64,000 nt of DNA from a virus: positions 7,081-71,080 of IMG/VR virus record IMGVR_UViG_3300003322_000796; one strand, written 5' to 3'. Positions 15,557-25,149 of this stretch are shown here, piece after piece. Both the position numbers and the translations under genes were made by a program. The stretch's first letter is position 1; each line of letters opens with the position of its first letter. The notes under the pieces were generated by a model. The model saw only the letters and a program-made list of their open reading frames with translations, was not told where the DNA came from and ran no database searches.

Positions 15557-17710
15557 ATGGACGAGACGGACGAGGACGAGTACTGGCTGTTCCAGCAGGG
15601 ACAGTGGGGCTCTCGCGTCCAGGAGCCCATGCGGGACCGGACCACCAGGGTCCGGGTCAATCCCTCGCCCGAAGACCGCAAGGTCCGGCGCCGACAGCGG
15701 CGGGCCACCGCAGGAGGAGACGTGCAGAAGCGCGCTGAACTCGTCCGCGCCGTGAACAAGGCTTCGAGCCTGGCCGAGCAGGCGCGACTGCTGGACGAGC
15801 TGGAGAAGTTCGACCGTGGCGTCCGTGCCGAGGCGGCCCAGGCCCGTGAGCTGGACCTCGCGAACACCGTGGTGGGGGAGACCCTCACCCCGGTCCGCGT
15901 CCACGAGCACCACACGGCGGCCACGGACTGGCTCGCCTACGAGGCGAGCGTGGACCCGCAGTGGCAGAACCGCATGGTGGCCGAGGCCGCCGCATGGTTC
16001 GGCCGCACCCCCGACTTCGTGAAGGCCGACGCCGAGGAGTTCGGCATCCAGGCGGAGGGCAAGGCCCGCTCCCTGGCCGGTCAGTACGGCACCCGGGCGG
16101 AGGCGGCCAAGAAGGCGTTCGTCGACTACGCGGCCTTCCTGCGGGCGCAGGCGGCCTCGGGCCTGGACCAGATCCAGCAGACGATCGACCCCAACAACTC
16201 GCCGAAGACCACGCCGCTCCCGACCGAGGTCTTCGACAACTTCGCCCCCGAGGTCGACCCCATCAACGCGGGCGTCTCCGGCACCGAGACCTCCGAGCGC
16301 AACCCGCTGCTCCAGGAGATCGTCAACGGCGGCTCCGGAGCGGACTCCGGCGCCCCGGAGAAGCCCGGCGGCCACTCCACCGGCGACGAGCTGTCCTGGT
16401 CCCCTCCGCAGGGGATGCAGCAGGACTCCGCCGCGCCCCTGTCGTACGGCCAGGGCCCGACCCCCGAGGGCGGCGCCGGTACCGGTCCGCGTCACCAGGG
16501 CTCGCTGATCGACGCCCCCTCCCCGGCCATCGGCTACGCCTTCTCGATGGACGACTACCTCCAGGCCCGAGCCAAGGCCGGTGGTCAGGGAAAAGAGCGT
16601 AAGGAGGCCGCGTCCGGGCTTCCGCAGATCCAGGAGACCGTAGACGCGAACAACCAGCCCCACGCGCCGAGCCCGATCCCGCAGGACGTGGCCTTCCCGC
16701 TGGACGAGGAGTTCCAGCCGGAGTGGACCACCAACGGCACGGGCAACGCCCAGCCTGCCGCTCCCAAGGCGGCGGTGAAGAAGCAGGCCGACATGTTCGG
16801 CGGCTCCGACGCGCCCCACCCGACCCCCACGGGTCTGCCGGTGGCCAACAGCCCGGCGACCACTCCGCCCCCGGCATCCGCCGCAGGGGGCCAGGCGGCC
16901 GGTAGGAGCGACGCCAGCGCCCACGCGGCCCCGACCTTCGGGGACGACTCGGCAAGCGTTCCTGCGCCCGCACAGCAGTACGCCGAGGGCTACTCCTCGG
17001 TGGACCAGACGGCCGGTGTCCCGCAGAACGTTCCAGGCTCCGTGGCGGGCCCCGGCAACGGTGTGACCCACGCGGGGGCCAAGGTCTCCTCGCTGATCGT
17101 CACGGCGGCCGAGCGGGAGCGCCCCGACTTCCGCAAGGGCTACGGCTACGGCTCCCGCTGGACTCCGGGCACGCGCCTGGTCTCCACGGGCTCGGCGGAC
17201 TTCGAGGCGGGCCTGTACGCGGGCATCTCCGACAACCCCGAGCACCAGCGAGCGTTCGTGGAGGCGCACCGTACGGCCTCGGTGAACTGGCCGAAGCTGG
17301 GTCAGCGGGTGGACACGCACAAGGCGGTCACGGCGCACGTGGTCTCCAAGAACGAGGTGCCCTCCAACGGGATGTACCTCACCGCGTCCACTTCGATGGA
17401 CCTGCCGACCATGGCGCCCAACACCTCTCCGGCCGCCGACGGCTCTACGCCGATCAACGGCCCCGGGCGCCCCGGTCCCCTGGCGGGAGAGCAGAACGCG
17501 GCAGCTCCGGGCGGCCCGAGCCCCTACAACGGCGCGGAGCCCTTCGGTACGCCGGTCGTCCCCGGTGTGGGACAGTCTCCCGCGAGTCCCGCAGACGCCC
17601 TGATCGGCGGCGGGCACATGTCGACCACCAACCAGGCCATGGGCAAGCAGGCCCTGGCCTTCCGTCAGCGTGTCCAGGCGGGTCTGCTGGCCGAGCGTCA
17701 GGGAAAGTGA
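15557..17710 (+). CDS. head-region virion or assembly protein
   Basis: First gene after the motif; internal repeat AASGLDQIQQT / AASGLPQIQET; multiple K/R-x-A motifs. Confidence 0.8.
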   Translation: MDETDEDEYWLFQQGQWGSRVQEPMRDRTTRVRVNPSPEDRKVRRRQRRATAGGDVQKRAELVRAVNKASSLAEQARLLDELEKFDRGVRAEAAQARELDLANTVVGETLTPVRVHEHHTAATDWLAYEASVDPQWQNRMVAEAAAWFGRTPDFVKADAEEFGIQAEGKARSLAGQYGTRAEAAKKAFVDYAAFLRAQAASGLDQIQQTIDPNNSPKTTPLPTEVFDNFAPEVDPINAGVSGTETSERNPLLQEIVNGGSGADSGAPEKPGGHSTGDELSWSPPQGMQQDSAAPLSYGQGPTPEGGAGTGPRHQGSLIDAPSPAIGYAFSMDDYLQARAKAGGQGKERKEAASGLPQIQETVDANNQPHAPSPIPQDVAFPLDEEFQPEWTTNGTGNAQPAAPKAAVKKQADMFGGSDAPHPTPTGLPVANSPATTPPPASAAGGQAAGRSDASAHAAPTFGDDSASVPAPAQQYAEGYSSVDQTAGVPQNVPGSVAGPGNGVTHAGAKVSSLIVTAAERERPDFRKGYGYGSRWTPGTRLVSTGSADFEAGLYAGISDNPEHQRAFVEAHRTASVNWPKLGQRVDTHKAVTAHVVSKNEVPSNGMYLTASTSMDLPTMAPNTSPAADGSTPINGPGRPGPLAGEQNAAAPGGPSPYNGAEPFGTPVVPGVGQSPASPADALIGGGHMSTTNQAMGKQALAFRQRVQAGLLAERQGK

Positions 17711-17717
17711 GGAACAG

Positions 17718-19013
17718 ATGACGACGGACCTGTGGAGCGAGGCGTCGCGCGATCTCGACGCCGAGCGCCACACTCTGGCCCTGGAGACGGCCAAGGCCGC
17801 TTCCACCGGCACCTGGGCCTTCCTGGCCATGGCCACGTCCCAGACCGAGTTCGAGGACCGGCTTGCCCTCGCGGGGGAGCGGATCCAGACAGTGGCGGCC
17901 GAGGCGGGCGTGGACGAGGAAGAGCTGAAGAGCGTCTTCGCCCAGCGCTTCGCCCTGCTGGCGGAGGCGGGATCCTTCCCTCCCGGAGGTGACGACGACT
18001 CCGACGAGGACGACGACTCCGGGGACGACGGAGACGACGACGGCTCGGACGACGACAGCGATTCGGACGACTCCGACGACAGCGACGACTCGGGGGACGA
18101 TGACGACGACTCCGACGATTCCTCTGACGACGGCGATTCCGACGGGGACGACGACTCCGACTCCGACTCGGATTCGGACGACGACAAGGACTCGGGATCG
18201 GCTCCGCCGTGGGCGGGGAAGTTCTCGTCCCTGGCCGCCCGCATCTCGGCGGGCGAGAATCCGCTGGCGTGGGGTGGTACCCCTTTCGTCCGTAGCTCCG
18301 CCCGCAAGGAAGCGGCGGACGGGGCGCCGGTCTCGGACGTGAACAACCCGACCCCGGATCCACTGGCTGATGCGGGCGCTCCGGCGCCCGTGCCCGGTAT
18401 GGAGGGCGGGATCGCGGAGACCACCAAGCCCCGGCAGATGCCGGAGGGCGGCGGGATGGACTCGCCCGGCATGGGGATGGACGGGATCGACGACAACCCC
18501 GCCGGTGCCGACACCCCGGACTCCGGACTCAACGGGGGTGACATCGAGCAGGGCGGCAACGACCTGCCACCGAGCACGGCGAAGATCGCGGCCATCGCGG
18601 CCGAGGTGCGCCGGTACAACCCGGGCCTGTCCGAGCGGCAGGTCCTGCACGTGGCGTCCCAGGCCTACGAGACCTACCTCCACAAGCACGCCGAGGACAT
18701 GAGCCCGCTCCTGTTCGGCGACCGTGGGGGCGTCGAGGACGGCCCGGCCACGAACAAGGTCAAGACCTGGGCTCCGGCCGACTTCAAGCCGGGCAGGCCC
18801 GGCGGGGGCGGTACGGGCCAGGAGGGCGAGGGGGACGACGGCGGCAAGGGCTCCGAGGGTGGCGGGATGGTTCCGCCGGTCGTACCGGGCCTGAAGCGCA
18901 TGCTGCCCGGAGGGGGAGCGGGCGCCGCCGGGGGCGCGGCAGCGGGAGAGGCGGCCGGAGCGGGCACAGCCCTCGCGGAGGCGGGAGAGCTTCTCCCGCT
19001 GCTGGCCCTGTAG
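17718..19013 (+). CDS. head-region protein with a long Asp/Ser tract
   Basis: Start ATG 17718 after GAGGA; about 65-aa D/S/G tract at about 17990-18195. Confidence 0.85.
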   Translation: MTTDLWSEASRDLDAERHTLALETAKAASTGTWAFLAMATSQTEFEDRLALAGERIQTVAAEAGVDEEELKSVFAQRFALLAEAGSFPPGGDDDSDEDDDSGDDGDDDGSDDDSDSDDSDDSDDSGDDDDDSDDSSDDGDSDGDDDSDSDSDSDDDKDSGSAPPWAGKFSSLAARISAGENPLAWGGTPFVRSSARKEAADGAPVSDVNNPTPDPLADAGAPAPVPGMEGGIAETTKPRQMPEGGGMDSPGMGMDGIDDNPAGADTPDSGLNGGDIEQGGNDLPPSTAKIAAIAAEVRRYNPGLSERQVLHVASQAYETYLHKHAEDMSPLLFGDRGGVEDGPATNKVKTWAPADFKPGRPGGGGTGQEGEGDDGGKGSEGGGMVPPVVPGLKRMLPGGGAGAAGGAAAGEAAGAGTALAEAGELLPLLAL

Positions 19014-19020
19014 GAGAAGC

Positions 19021-19503
19021 GTGATCAGCGACGGGAGCCGGATCGAGTACGTCGGCCTGAAGACGAAGACCCTGGATCCGGGGGACCAGGGCTCCGTCCT
19101 CGTCGTGTCCGGCCACAACGCCCACGTGCAGTGGCGGACCGGCTCCCTCGCGGGCAAGGTCACCCTGGAGGACACCGACGATCTCCGCCCCCTGGGAAGC
19201 CGTCAGGGGGCCGTGGAAGCGGCTCTGGACGACTCGCTGGAGGTCTCGGGCGTCGGGACCGTCACAGCCCGCCAGATCTACGACGAGGGCGGTTCCAGCG
19301 CCCTTCTGAACGCCATGGCCGACGCAGGAAAGCTCGCCTCCTTCCAGGACATCGCCGAGGAGGCGCTGACCCTGGTCGCCTCCCGTCTGCGCTCCTCGGA
19401 CTCCTTCACGGCCATGGCGTCGCATCTGGACGACGACGAACGCGAGGATCTGCTGAGGACCGCGTCCGCCGCTCTCATCCGGGACGCCTTCACACCCTCC
19501 TGA
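19021..19503 (+). CDS. hypothetical protein with an N-terminal SH3/KOW-like fold
   Basis: DGSRIEY...GDQGSVLVV...VQW pattern; AGGAG RBS. Confidence 0.75.
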   Translation: MISDGSRIEYVGLKTKTLDPGDQGSVLVVSGHNAHVQWRTGSLAGKVTLEDTDDLRPLGSRQGAVEAALDDSLEVSGVGTVTARQIYDEGGSSALLNAMADAGKLASFQDIAEEALTLVASRLRSSDSFTAMASHLDDDEREDLLRTASAALIRDAFTPS

Positions 19504-19536
19504 TGTCCTCACGGCCTGATCTCCGCCGAAGGGGTG
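19503..19536 (+). promoter_or_regulatory. late-promoter-like motif, copy 2
   Basis: ATGTCC-N20-AAGGGGTG. Confidence 0.75.
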
Positions 19537-21447
19537 GAGGTGGTCATGGGCAGGACCTGCGAGCGGTGCGGCGCCAAGGCGTCCCCGTTCATTCCCCGCA
19601 CCCGGCTGGAGGACGGCCGACTGGTGTGCGCCGGGTGCGCCCAGGCCGTCTCGCGTGAGCGTACGGCCGGTCGCCGGGAGGCCGCCGATCACTGGGCCGG
19701 GGAGCTGGCCGACGACACGTACCACCCGCTGCTCCAGCCCCTCCCGCAGAGCGTCTGGGACCGCTTCTACGAGTCCCGCAAGACGGCGGCCGAGTCCCAG
19801 GGCTACCCGAACCCGCACCACTCCGAGATGCACTCCGGCGGCCCGGGGGAGCACGAGTGGTACCACGGCACCGGGACCCAGTTCGAGGGGCCGCCCAAGA
19901 GCGCCACTGAGCTGATGAGCGGCCACGGCTACTGGGGCAACTTCGGCGCCGGGGACTGGAACAACCACATCGGCTCGCACTGGACGTCCCTGCACGGGAT
20001 GTCCAAGGAGTTCATGTCGGGCTCGAACGCGGGCAACCGGGTCATCCACGCCAAGCTGCACATGAAGAACCCGGTGCACTACAACTCGCTCGACCACATG
20101 ACGCATGACGCGTACGAGCGCCTGCACGCCTCGGGCCACATGCAGGACGACGGCAAGTACGTCGGAAACCACCGGGACGACGCCAGCGACGAGCACGGCT
20201 GCTGCTCCGGCCGATTGCTGGAGTACGCCAAGGGCCAGCACCGCTCGGACGGCAAGTACGGCCTGGAGGCCTACCGGGACTCCCTGCGGGCCTCCGGCCA
20301 CGACGGCATCGTGGTCCGCAACAACACGGACGACCCGATCGGGCACTACAACGCGATCCCGCTCTCCTCAGACGACATCGAGATCACGCACGGCGGCTGC
20401 AACCGGCAGCACCACGACGAGCGGGACAACGACGACGAGGAGTTCGAGACCCATCGGGACAAGCTCGTCGGCGACTGGAAGGAGGAGGCGCCCTACCACT
20501 CGTCGCTCTACAGCGGCGGCAAGGCCCTCCCCGACGCTTCGGACGTCCACGAGGCCCATGTGGCCAAGAAGGCCGTCCAGCACGCCCACGTGGCCCCTGG
20601 AGCCGAGCGGGGCGACGCGGACCCCGAATCCCCCGGACACGACCTGGACGAGGCTCACGAGGAGAACGAGCCGAGCTTCGGCGGGGAGTACTGCTCACAT
20701 TGTGATGAGCTGACCGATCACTCCACCGAACAGCACGGCAAGGAGCACGATCTCCGGCACCTCGAAGAGCATCACGGATACTCCCCAGATCACTTTCTTC
20801 ACGATGTGCTCAAGGAGATGTCGCCGGATGAAGTCGCAGCTCATCACCATCACGAGCACCACACGGACTTCCCCTCCGGAGACTTCCCGGACCACATTCA
20901 TCACAATCTGAAAGAGGCTCGGATGGCCCCGTATCAGAAGGTGGCTCACGACTCGGGCGACGGGGCAACGATCTTCCACTGCCCCTTCTGCGGTTCGGGT
21001 CAGGTGATCGCCCGCTCGGACCGGAGCACCGAGTGCGAGTACTGCCACACCTGCTTCACCGTCCAGGTCCAGCCGCAGTTCCCGGCCTTCCCCCAGACGG
21101 TCGACGGGATGCCCATGCAGGTGCCCGGCATGCCCGGTCAGATCGGCGGTCCTCCGGCCGCTCCGGACGCCATGGGAGACCCCATGGGCGGCGTGGATCC
21201 CTTCGGTGCAGGGGGCGACCCCGGCGAGGAGGACGAGGGAGAGGGCTTCCCCGGCAGCGACGACGAGGGCGATGAGCCGGAGGACGACGAGGAGGGCGGC
21301 GGGAGTGCTCCCCCGTTCGCCAAGGGCTCCATGCTCCGCACGGCCTCCGGCGCGGAGCTGGGGATGGACAACTACGTGAGACACCTGGCGATCAAGTTCG
21401 CCGACGACAAGGACGCCGTGATCGAGCAGATCCGGGAGGGACGGTAA
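19534..21447 (+). CDS. multidomain head-region protein: Zn finger, ADP-ribosyltransferase-like domain, His-rich segment, Zn ribbon
   Basis: CERC...CAGC; WYHGT...HWTS...VIHAKL.MKNP...GHDGIVVRN; CPFC...CEYC; start may be ATG 19546. Confidence 0.8.
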   Translation: MEVVMGRTCERCGAKASPFIPRTRLEDGRLVCAGCAQAVSRERTAGRREAADHWAGELADDTYHPLLQPLPQSVWDRFYESRKTAAESQGYPNPHHSEMHSGGPGEHEWYHGTGTQFEGPPKSATELMSGHGYWGNFGAGDWNNHIGSHWTSLHGMSKEFMSGSNAGNRVIHAKLHMKNPVHYNSLDHMTHDAYERLHASGHMQDDGKYVGNHRDDASDEHGCCSGRLLEYAKGQHRSDGKYGLEAYRDSLRASGHDGIVVRNNTDDPIGHYNAIPLSSDDIEITHGGCNRQHHDERDNDDEEFETHRDKLVGDWKEEAPYHSSLYSGGKALPDASDVHEAHVAKKAVQHAHVAPGAERGDADPESPGHDLDEAHEENEPSFGGEYCSHCDELTDHSTEQHGKEHDLRHLEEHHGYSPDHFLHDVLKEMSPDEVAAHHHHEHHTDFPSGDFPDHIHHNLKEARMAPYQKVAHDSGDGATIFHCPFCGSGQVIARSDRSTECEYCHTCFTVQVQPQFPAFPQTVDGMPMQVPGMPGQIGGPPAAPDAMGDPMGGVDPFGAGGDPGEEDEGEGFPGSDDEGDEPEDDEEGGGSAPPFAKGSMLRTASGAELGMDNYVRHLAIKFADDKDAVIEQIREGR

Positions 21448-21635
21448 TGGCCGAGCGCACGTTCTACGTAGTCGTGGACTACAAGGGGCCCGACGGGGTG
21501 GAGCACCAGCGCGGGGAGTCGGTGACCTTCGCCGAGGGGGACACCCTCCCCAGCGAGCTGCGCCAGCGCGGAGTGCTCTCCCTGACCCCGGTCCGCCGCG
21601 AGGTCTCCGGGCGCCGGAAGGAAGGCGCGGAGTGA
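21447..21635 (+). CDS. small virion-region protein
   Basis: 62 aa; coupled overlaps. Confidence 0.7.
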   Translation: MAERTFYVVVDYKGPDGVEHQRGESVTFAEGDTLPSELRQRGVLSLTPVRREVSGRRKEGAE

Positions 21636-21937
21636 TCTCGGGGGAGCTTCTCACGCACATCGAGAACGCTCCCCGGACCGAGCTTCCCGGCATCCTCGCA
21701 ACGGAGCACGAATGCCAGGGGTCGAAGTTCCACAGCCCCAGGCCACTGGTCGTCCACCAACTGCCGATGCCGCACTCGCCCGGGGAGATGATCTACCTCT
21801 GCGGCACCTGCCGGGACAACGTCCTGCTGCTCTCCTCGCTTCAGGAGCAGGGGGAGGTGCCGTGGCCCGTGAAGAGGTGCTTCGGGAACCTCATCCGGGC
21901 CATCGCCGACAACACCAAGGAGAACGACCATGCCTGA
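21632..21937 (+). CDS. small Cys-containing protein
   Basis: 101 aa; C...LCGTC; overlaps the portal start. Confidence 0.7.
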   Translation: MISGELLTHIENAPRTELPGILATEHECQGSKFHSPRPLVVHQLPMPHSPGEMIYLCGTCRDNVLLLSSLQEQGEVPWPVKRCFGNLIRAIADNTKENDHA

Positions 21938-24047
21938 GCAGGACCCCCAGATGGACGCGTACCAGGCGGCTGCCTTCCAGCGCCTGGGCAAGAGCATGGT
22001 GCGCGGGGGTGCTGCCCAGACCGACGGAACTCCTGAAGCTGCCCAGATGCGGAAGAACCGGCGGGTGAACATGCGCCGGACGGCAGCGGCCGGAGGCCCC
22101 TCGTCGACTGCGTTCGCCACCGGGCGCCCGCGCGACCCGCTGTTCTACTGGAAGCAGAACAACCTCCCCTACGAGGTCGACGACGAGGCCCAGCTCCGGC
22201 AGCTCCGGATGTACTGCCGCCTGCTGTACCAGACCCACCCGATCATCGCGTCCTGCATCGACATCTACACGAAGTACCCGCTGCTCGGCATGGAACTGCG
22301 GTGCAAGGACGAGCAGGTCACACGCTTCTACGAGGACCTCTTCTTCACCAAGGAGGGCCTGAACTATAAGAAGTTCCTGCTGGACGTCGGCCGGGAGTAC
22401 TGGACCGTCGGCGAGGCCTGGCCGTTCGCCACCTTCAACGAGTCCCTGGGCATCTGGGACAACGAGGAGCTGCTCAATCCGGACGATGTCCAGGTCCAGC
22501 GATCGGCCTTCCTGCGTGAGCCCCGCTTCCTGATCCGCCTGCCGGAGACGATCCGCGAGGTCATGCAGCGGCGCTCTCCGGCGTGGGAGTACGAGAAGAT
22601 CATGAAGGTCTACCCGGAGCTGTCCCGCTACTCCGGCGCGGACGACCTTATGCCGGTGTCGAACATCCTGCTCCAGCAGATGAAATTCGAGGCGGACACC
22701 TTCGCCAAGCGGGGTATCCCGCTGCTCATGCGCGCCATGCGCGCGGTCATGCAGGAGGAGATGCTCAACGCGGCTCAGGACGCCGTGGCGGACCGCCTGT
22801 ACACCCCGCTGGTCCTGGTGAAGCTCGGAGCGACCGCCAAGGACCTCGGCACGGAGATCCCGTGGATTCCCACCCAGGACGACCTGGAGGAGTTCATGGA
22901 GTCCCTGGACGCCGCTCTCGCGGCCGACTTCCGGGCTCTCGTGCACAACTTCGCGGTGACCATGGAGCCCGTCTTCGGCCGGGAGAACATGCCCGACATG
23001 ACGGCGGACTTCGAGCGGCTGGAGGACCGGATCCTTCAGGCTTTCGGCCTGTCCAAGACCATGCTGTCTGGTGCTTCCTCCGGTGAGACGTACGCGGCCG
23101 ACGCGCTGAACCGCGACCTGGTCTCCCAGCTCCTGACGACCTACCAGGACATGATCAAGGAGCACTTCCGCCAGCGGGCTCTGGTGGTCGCCGAGGCCCA
23201 GGAGCACTACGACTACGACGAGCGCAACGGCAAGCGCTACGTGAAGATGGAAGAAGTCCTGGAGATCGACGAGGAGACCGGCGAGGAGCGCATCGTCGAG
23301 CAGCCGAAGCTGCTGGTCCCCGAGCTGACCATGCAGACGATGTCCCTCAAGGACGAGGCGGCCGAGCGGGAGTTCTTCGAGGCCCTGCGCGCGGCCGGGG
23401 TCCCGATCTCCATGAAGACCCGGCTCATGGCCTCCGGCATCGACTTCGAGGACGAGATCGAGCGCACCCAGGACGAGTCCGTGGCCCTCGCGGTGGCCGA
23501 GCAGGAGACCCGGAAGAAGACCTACCAGGCGCTCAAGGACGCCGGACTCCCGATCCCGTCCGACCTGCGGGCCGACTTCCAGCCGGTGGCCCAGCAGGCC
23601 ATGCCCCCGGCCCTGCCGGACGCCACTCAGGGCATCCAAACTCCCCAGCTCGGTCTGGCCTCCGGACCGATGACGCCGACCCTGGCTCCCACTCAGATGG
23701 ACCTCATGGGCAACCAGCCCGCCGGTGGGGTCCCGATGCCCGGCATGCCCGCCACCCCGGTGGACGGCACCGAGCAGGGCGGCGAAGCGGCCTCCGAGGG
23801 TGCAGCGCGCCCCGAGGAGTCCGACGAGCAGCGGGGCGGCATGCCCAAGCCCGCAGCCCTGTTCCGGCAGACCGAACGCACCCGCAAGCTCGCGCGGGAG
23901 CTGCACCAGCCCCGCGACCTCCCCGAGGGCGTGGAGCTGAAGGACTGGGACCCGATCGGCAAGTTCGCCACCCCGAAGGTCGTCGGCATCCGGCGCCACA
24001 TCGAGGTGGACCCCGAGACGTTCTACGAGGAGACGGTGGATGCCTAA
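21930..24047 (+). CDS. portal protein
   Basis: 705 aa; LYQTHPIIASCIDIY, GEAWPF, RGIPLLMRA, helical content and position typical of a cluster-C-like portal. Confidence 0.85.
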   Translation: MPEQDPQMDAYQAAAFQRLGKSMVRGGAAQTDGTPEAAQMRKNRRVNMRRTAAAGGPSSTAFATGRPRDPLFYWKQNNLPYEVDDEAQLRQLRMYCRLLYQTHPIIASCIDIYTKYPLLGMELRCKDEQVTRFYEDLFFTKEGLNYKKFLLDVGREYWTVGEAWPFATFNESLGIWDNEELLNPDDVQVQRSAFLREPRFLIRLPETIREVMQRRSPAWEYEKIMKVYPELSRYSGADDLMPVSNILLQQMKFEADTFAKRGIPLLMRAMRAVMQEEMLNAAQDAVADRLYTPLVLVKLGATAKDLGTEIPWIPTQDDLEEFMESLDAALAADFRALVHNFAVTMEPVFGRENMPDMTADFERLEDRILQAFGLSKTMLSGASSGETYAADALNRDLVSQLLTTYQDMIKEHFRQRALVVAEAQEHYDYDERNGKRYVKMEEVLEIDEETGEERIVEQPKLLVPELTMQTMSLKDEAAEREFFEALRAAGVPISMKTRLMASGIDFEDEIERTQDESVALAVAEQETRKKTYQALKDAGLPIPSDLRADFQPVAQQAMPPALPDATQGIQTPQLGLASGPMTPTLAPTQMDLMGNQPAGGVPMPGMPATPVDGTEQGGEAASEGAARPEESDEQRGGMPKPAALFRQTERTRKLARELHQPRDLPEGVELKDWDPIGKFATPKVVGIRRHIEVDPETFYEETVDA

Positions 24048-25149
24048 GCACCTCACGACCGCCGACACCGGCGACTTCGTCACCGCCGAGATCATCGGCG
24101 CCAACAACGGCATCGCCCAGCTCGGCTCCGACGGCAAGGTCCCCAGCTCCCAGCTCCCCACGGTGCTGACCGGCTCGGTGGACTCGGTCAACGGCCTCGT
24201 GGGCAACGTCGTACTGACAGCGGACACCGTAGGAGCCCTCTCAACGGCCTCCAGAGGCGCTGTGAACGGTGTGGCGTCCCTGGACTCCACCGCGCACATC
24301 CTGGCGTCCCAGCTCCCCTCCACGGTCGTCCTGACGGCCTCCCTGGGCGCTGCTGGCGGTGTGGCCACACTCGGGGGAGACGGGAAGCTCACGGCGGCCC
24401 AGGTGCCCGCTGCCCCGGTCACCTCGGTGGCGGGCAAGACGGGCGCGGTCACCCTGGTGGCCTCGGACGCCGGAGCGATCTCCACGTCGGCCCGGGGCGC
24501 GGCGAACGGTGTGGCCTCCCTGGACTCCAACAGCTTGGTGCCCTCGGCTCAGATCCCCTCGCTCGCGGGGTCCTACCTCGTGGTGCCGTCCGCCACTCCC
24601 ACGGCAGCGAACCAGGAGTACACCTCGGTCGCCTCGGGATCGAACTCCGGGCAGTGGGTGACCCCGAAGTTCTACGTCTCGTCCTCTTCGGGAGGGATGC
24701 CCAGCAGCCCTCCGAACGGCTCGATCTGCTCCCGTACCGACCAGAAGGCGATCTACCAGTACAACGGGTCCTCCTGGATCCCGCTGCCGTACGTGGAGGC
24801 CTGGCGCACCCTCACCCTCGCCTCCGGTGTGAGGGGCTACCAGAGCAGCTCCGCCATCTGGCTCCCCAGGATCCGCCGGATCGGCAACCAGGTGTTCATC
24901 CGGGGCCGGGTCGAGCTGGTCTCCGGCAACAACTGGGCCACCGGCTATGTCGTGGCGACCCTGCCCTCGGACTGCGAGGTCGCCTACCCGCAGGACGTGG
25001 TCGGCACCTGTACGACCGGGTCCGGCCAGATCGGAACAGCTCGCTTCCAGATCGACACCGACACCCAGAACATCGTCTTCTTCGCCGGATCGGGGCCGAA
25101 CCCGAACACTCCGTGGCTCGGCCTCAACTGCTCCTTCTGGATGGACTAG
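24040..25149 (+). CDS. fibre / minor structural protein
   Basis: GANNGIAQLGSDGKVP and V.SV.G..G.V.L.A repeats; C-terminal RRIGNQVFIRG receptor-binding-like domain. Confidence 0.8.
   Translation: MPKHLTTADTGDFVTAEIIGANNGIAQLGSDGKVPSSQLPTVLTGSVDSVNGLVGNVVLTADTVGALSTASRGAVNGVASLDSTAHILASQLPSTVVLTASLGAAGGVATLGGDGKLTAAQVPAAPVTSVAGKTGAVTLVASDAGAISTSARGAANGVASLDSNSLVPSAQIPSLAGSYLVVPSATPTAANQEYTSVASGSNSGQWVTPKFYVSSSSGGMPSSPPNGSICSRTDQKAIYQYNGSSWIPLPYVEAWRTLTLASGVRGYQSSSAIWLPRIRRIGNQVFIRGRVELVSGNNWATGYVVATLPSDCEVAYPQDVVGTCTTGSGQIGTARFQIDTDTQNIVFFAGSGPNPNTPWLGLNCSFWMD

Noticed and set aside
15479-18619. 1046-aa minus-strand ORF, and similar long antisense ORFs (21891-24530, 25258-27375, 31164-33728, 37758-41432, 48752-51664, 55496-57943, 59813-62104)
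   Set aside because: Shadow frames of GC3-rich plus-strand genes; Arg/Gly/Val/Leu-biased, no motifs or RBS, and they fully overlap recognisable structural genes
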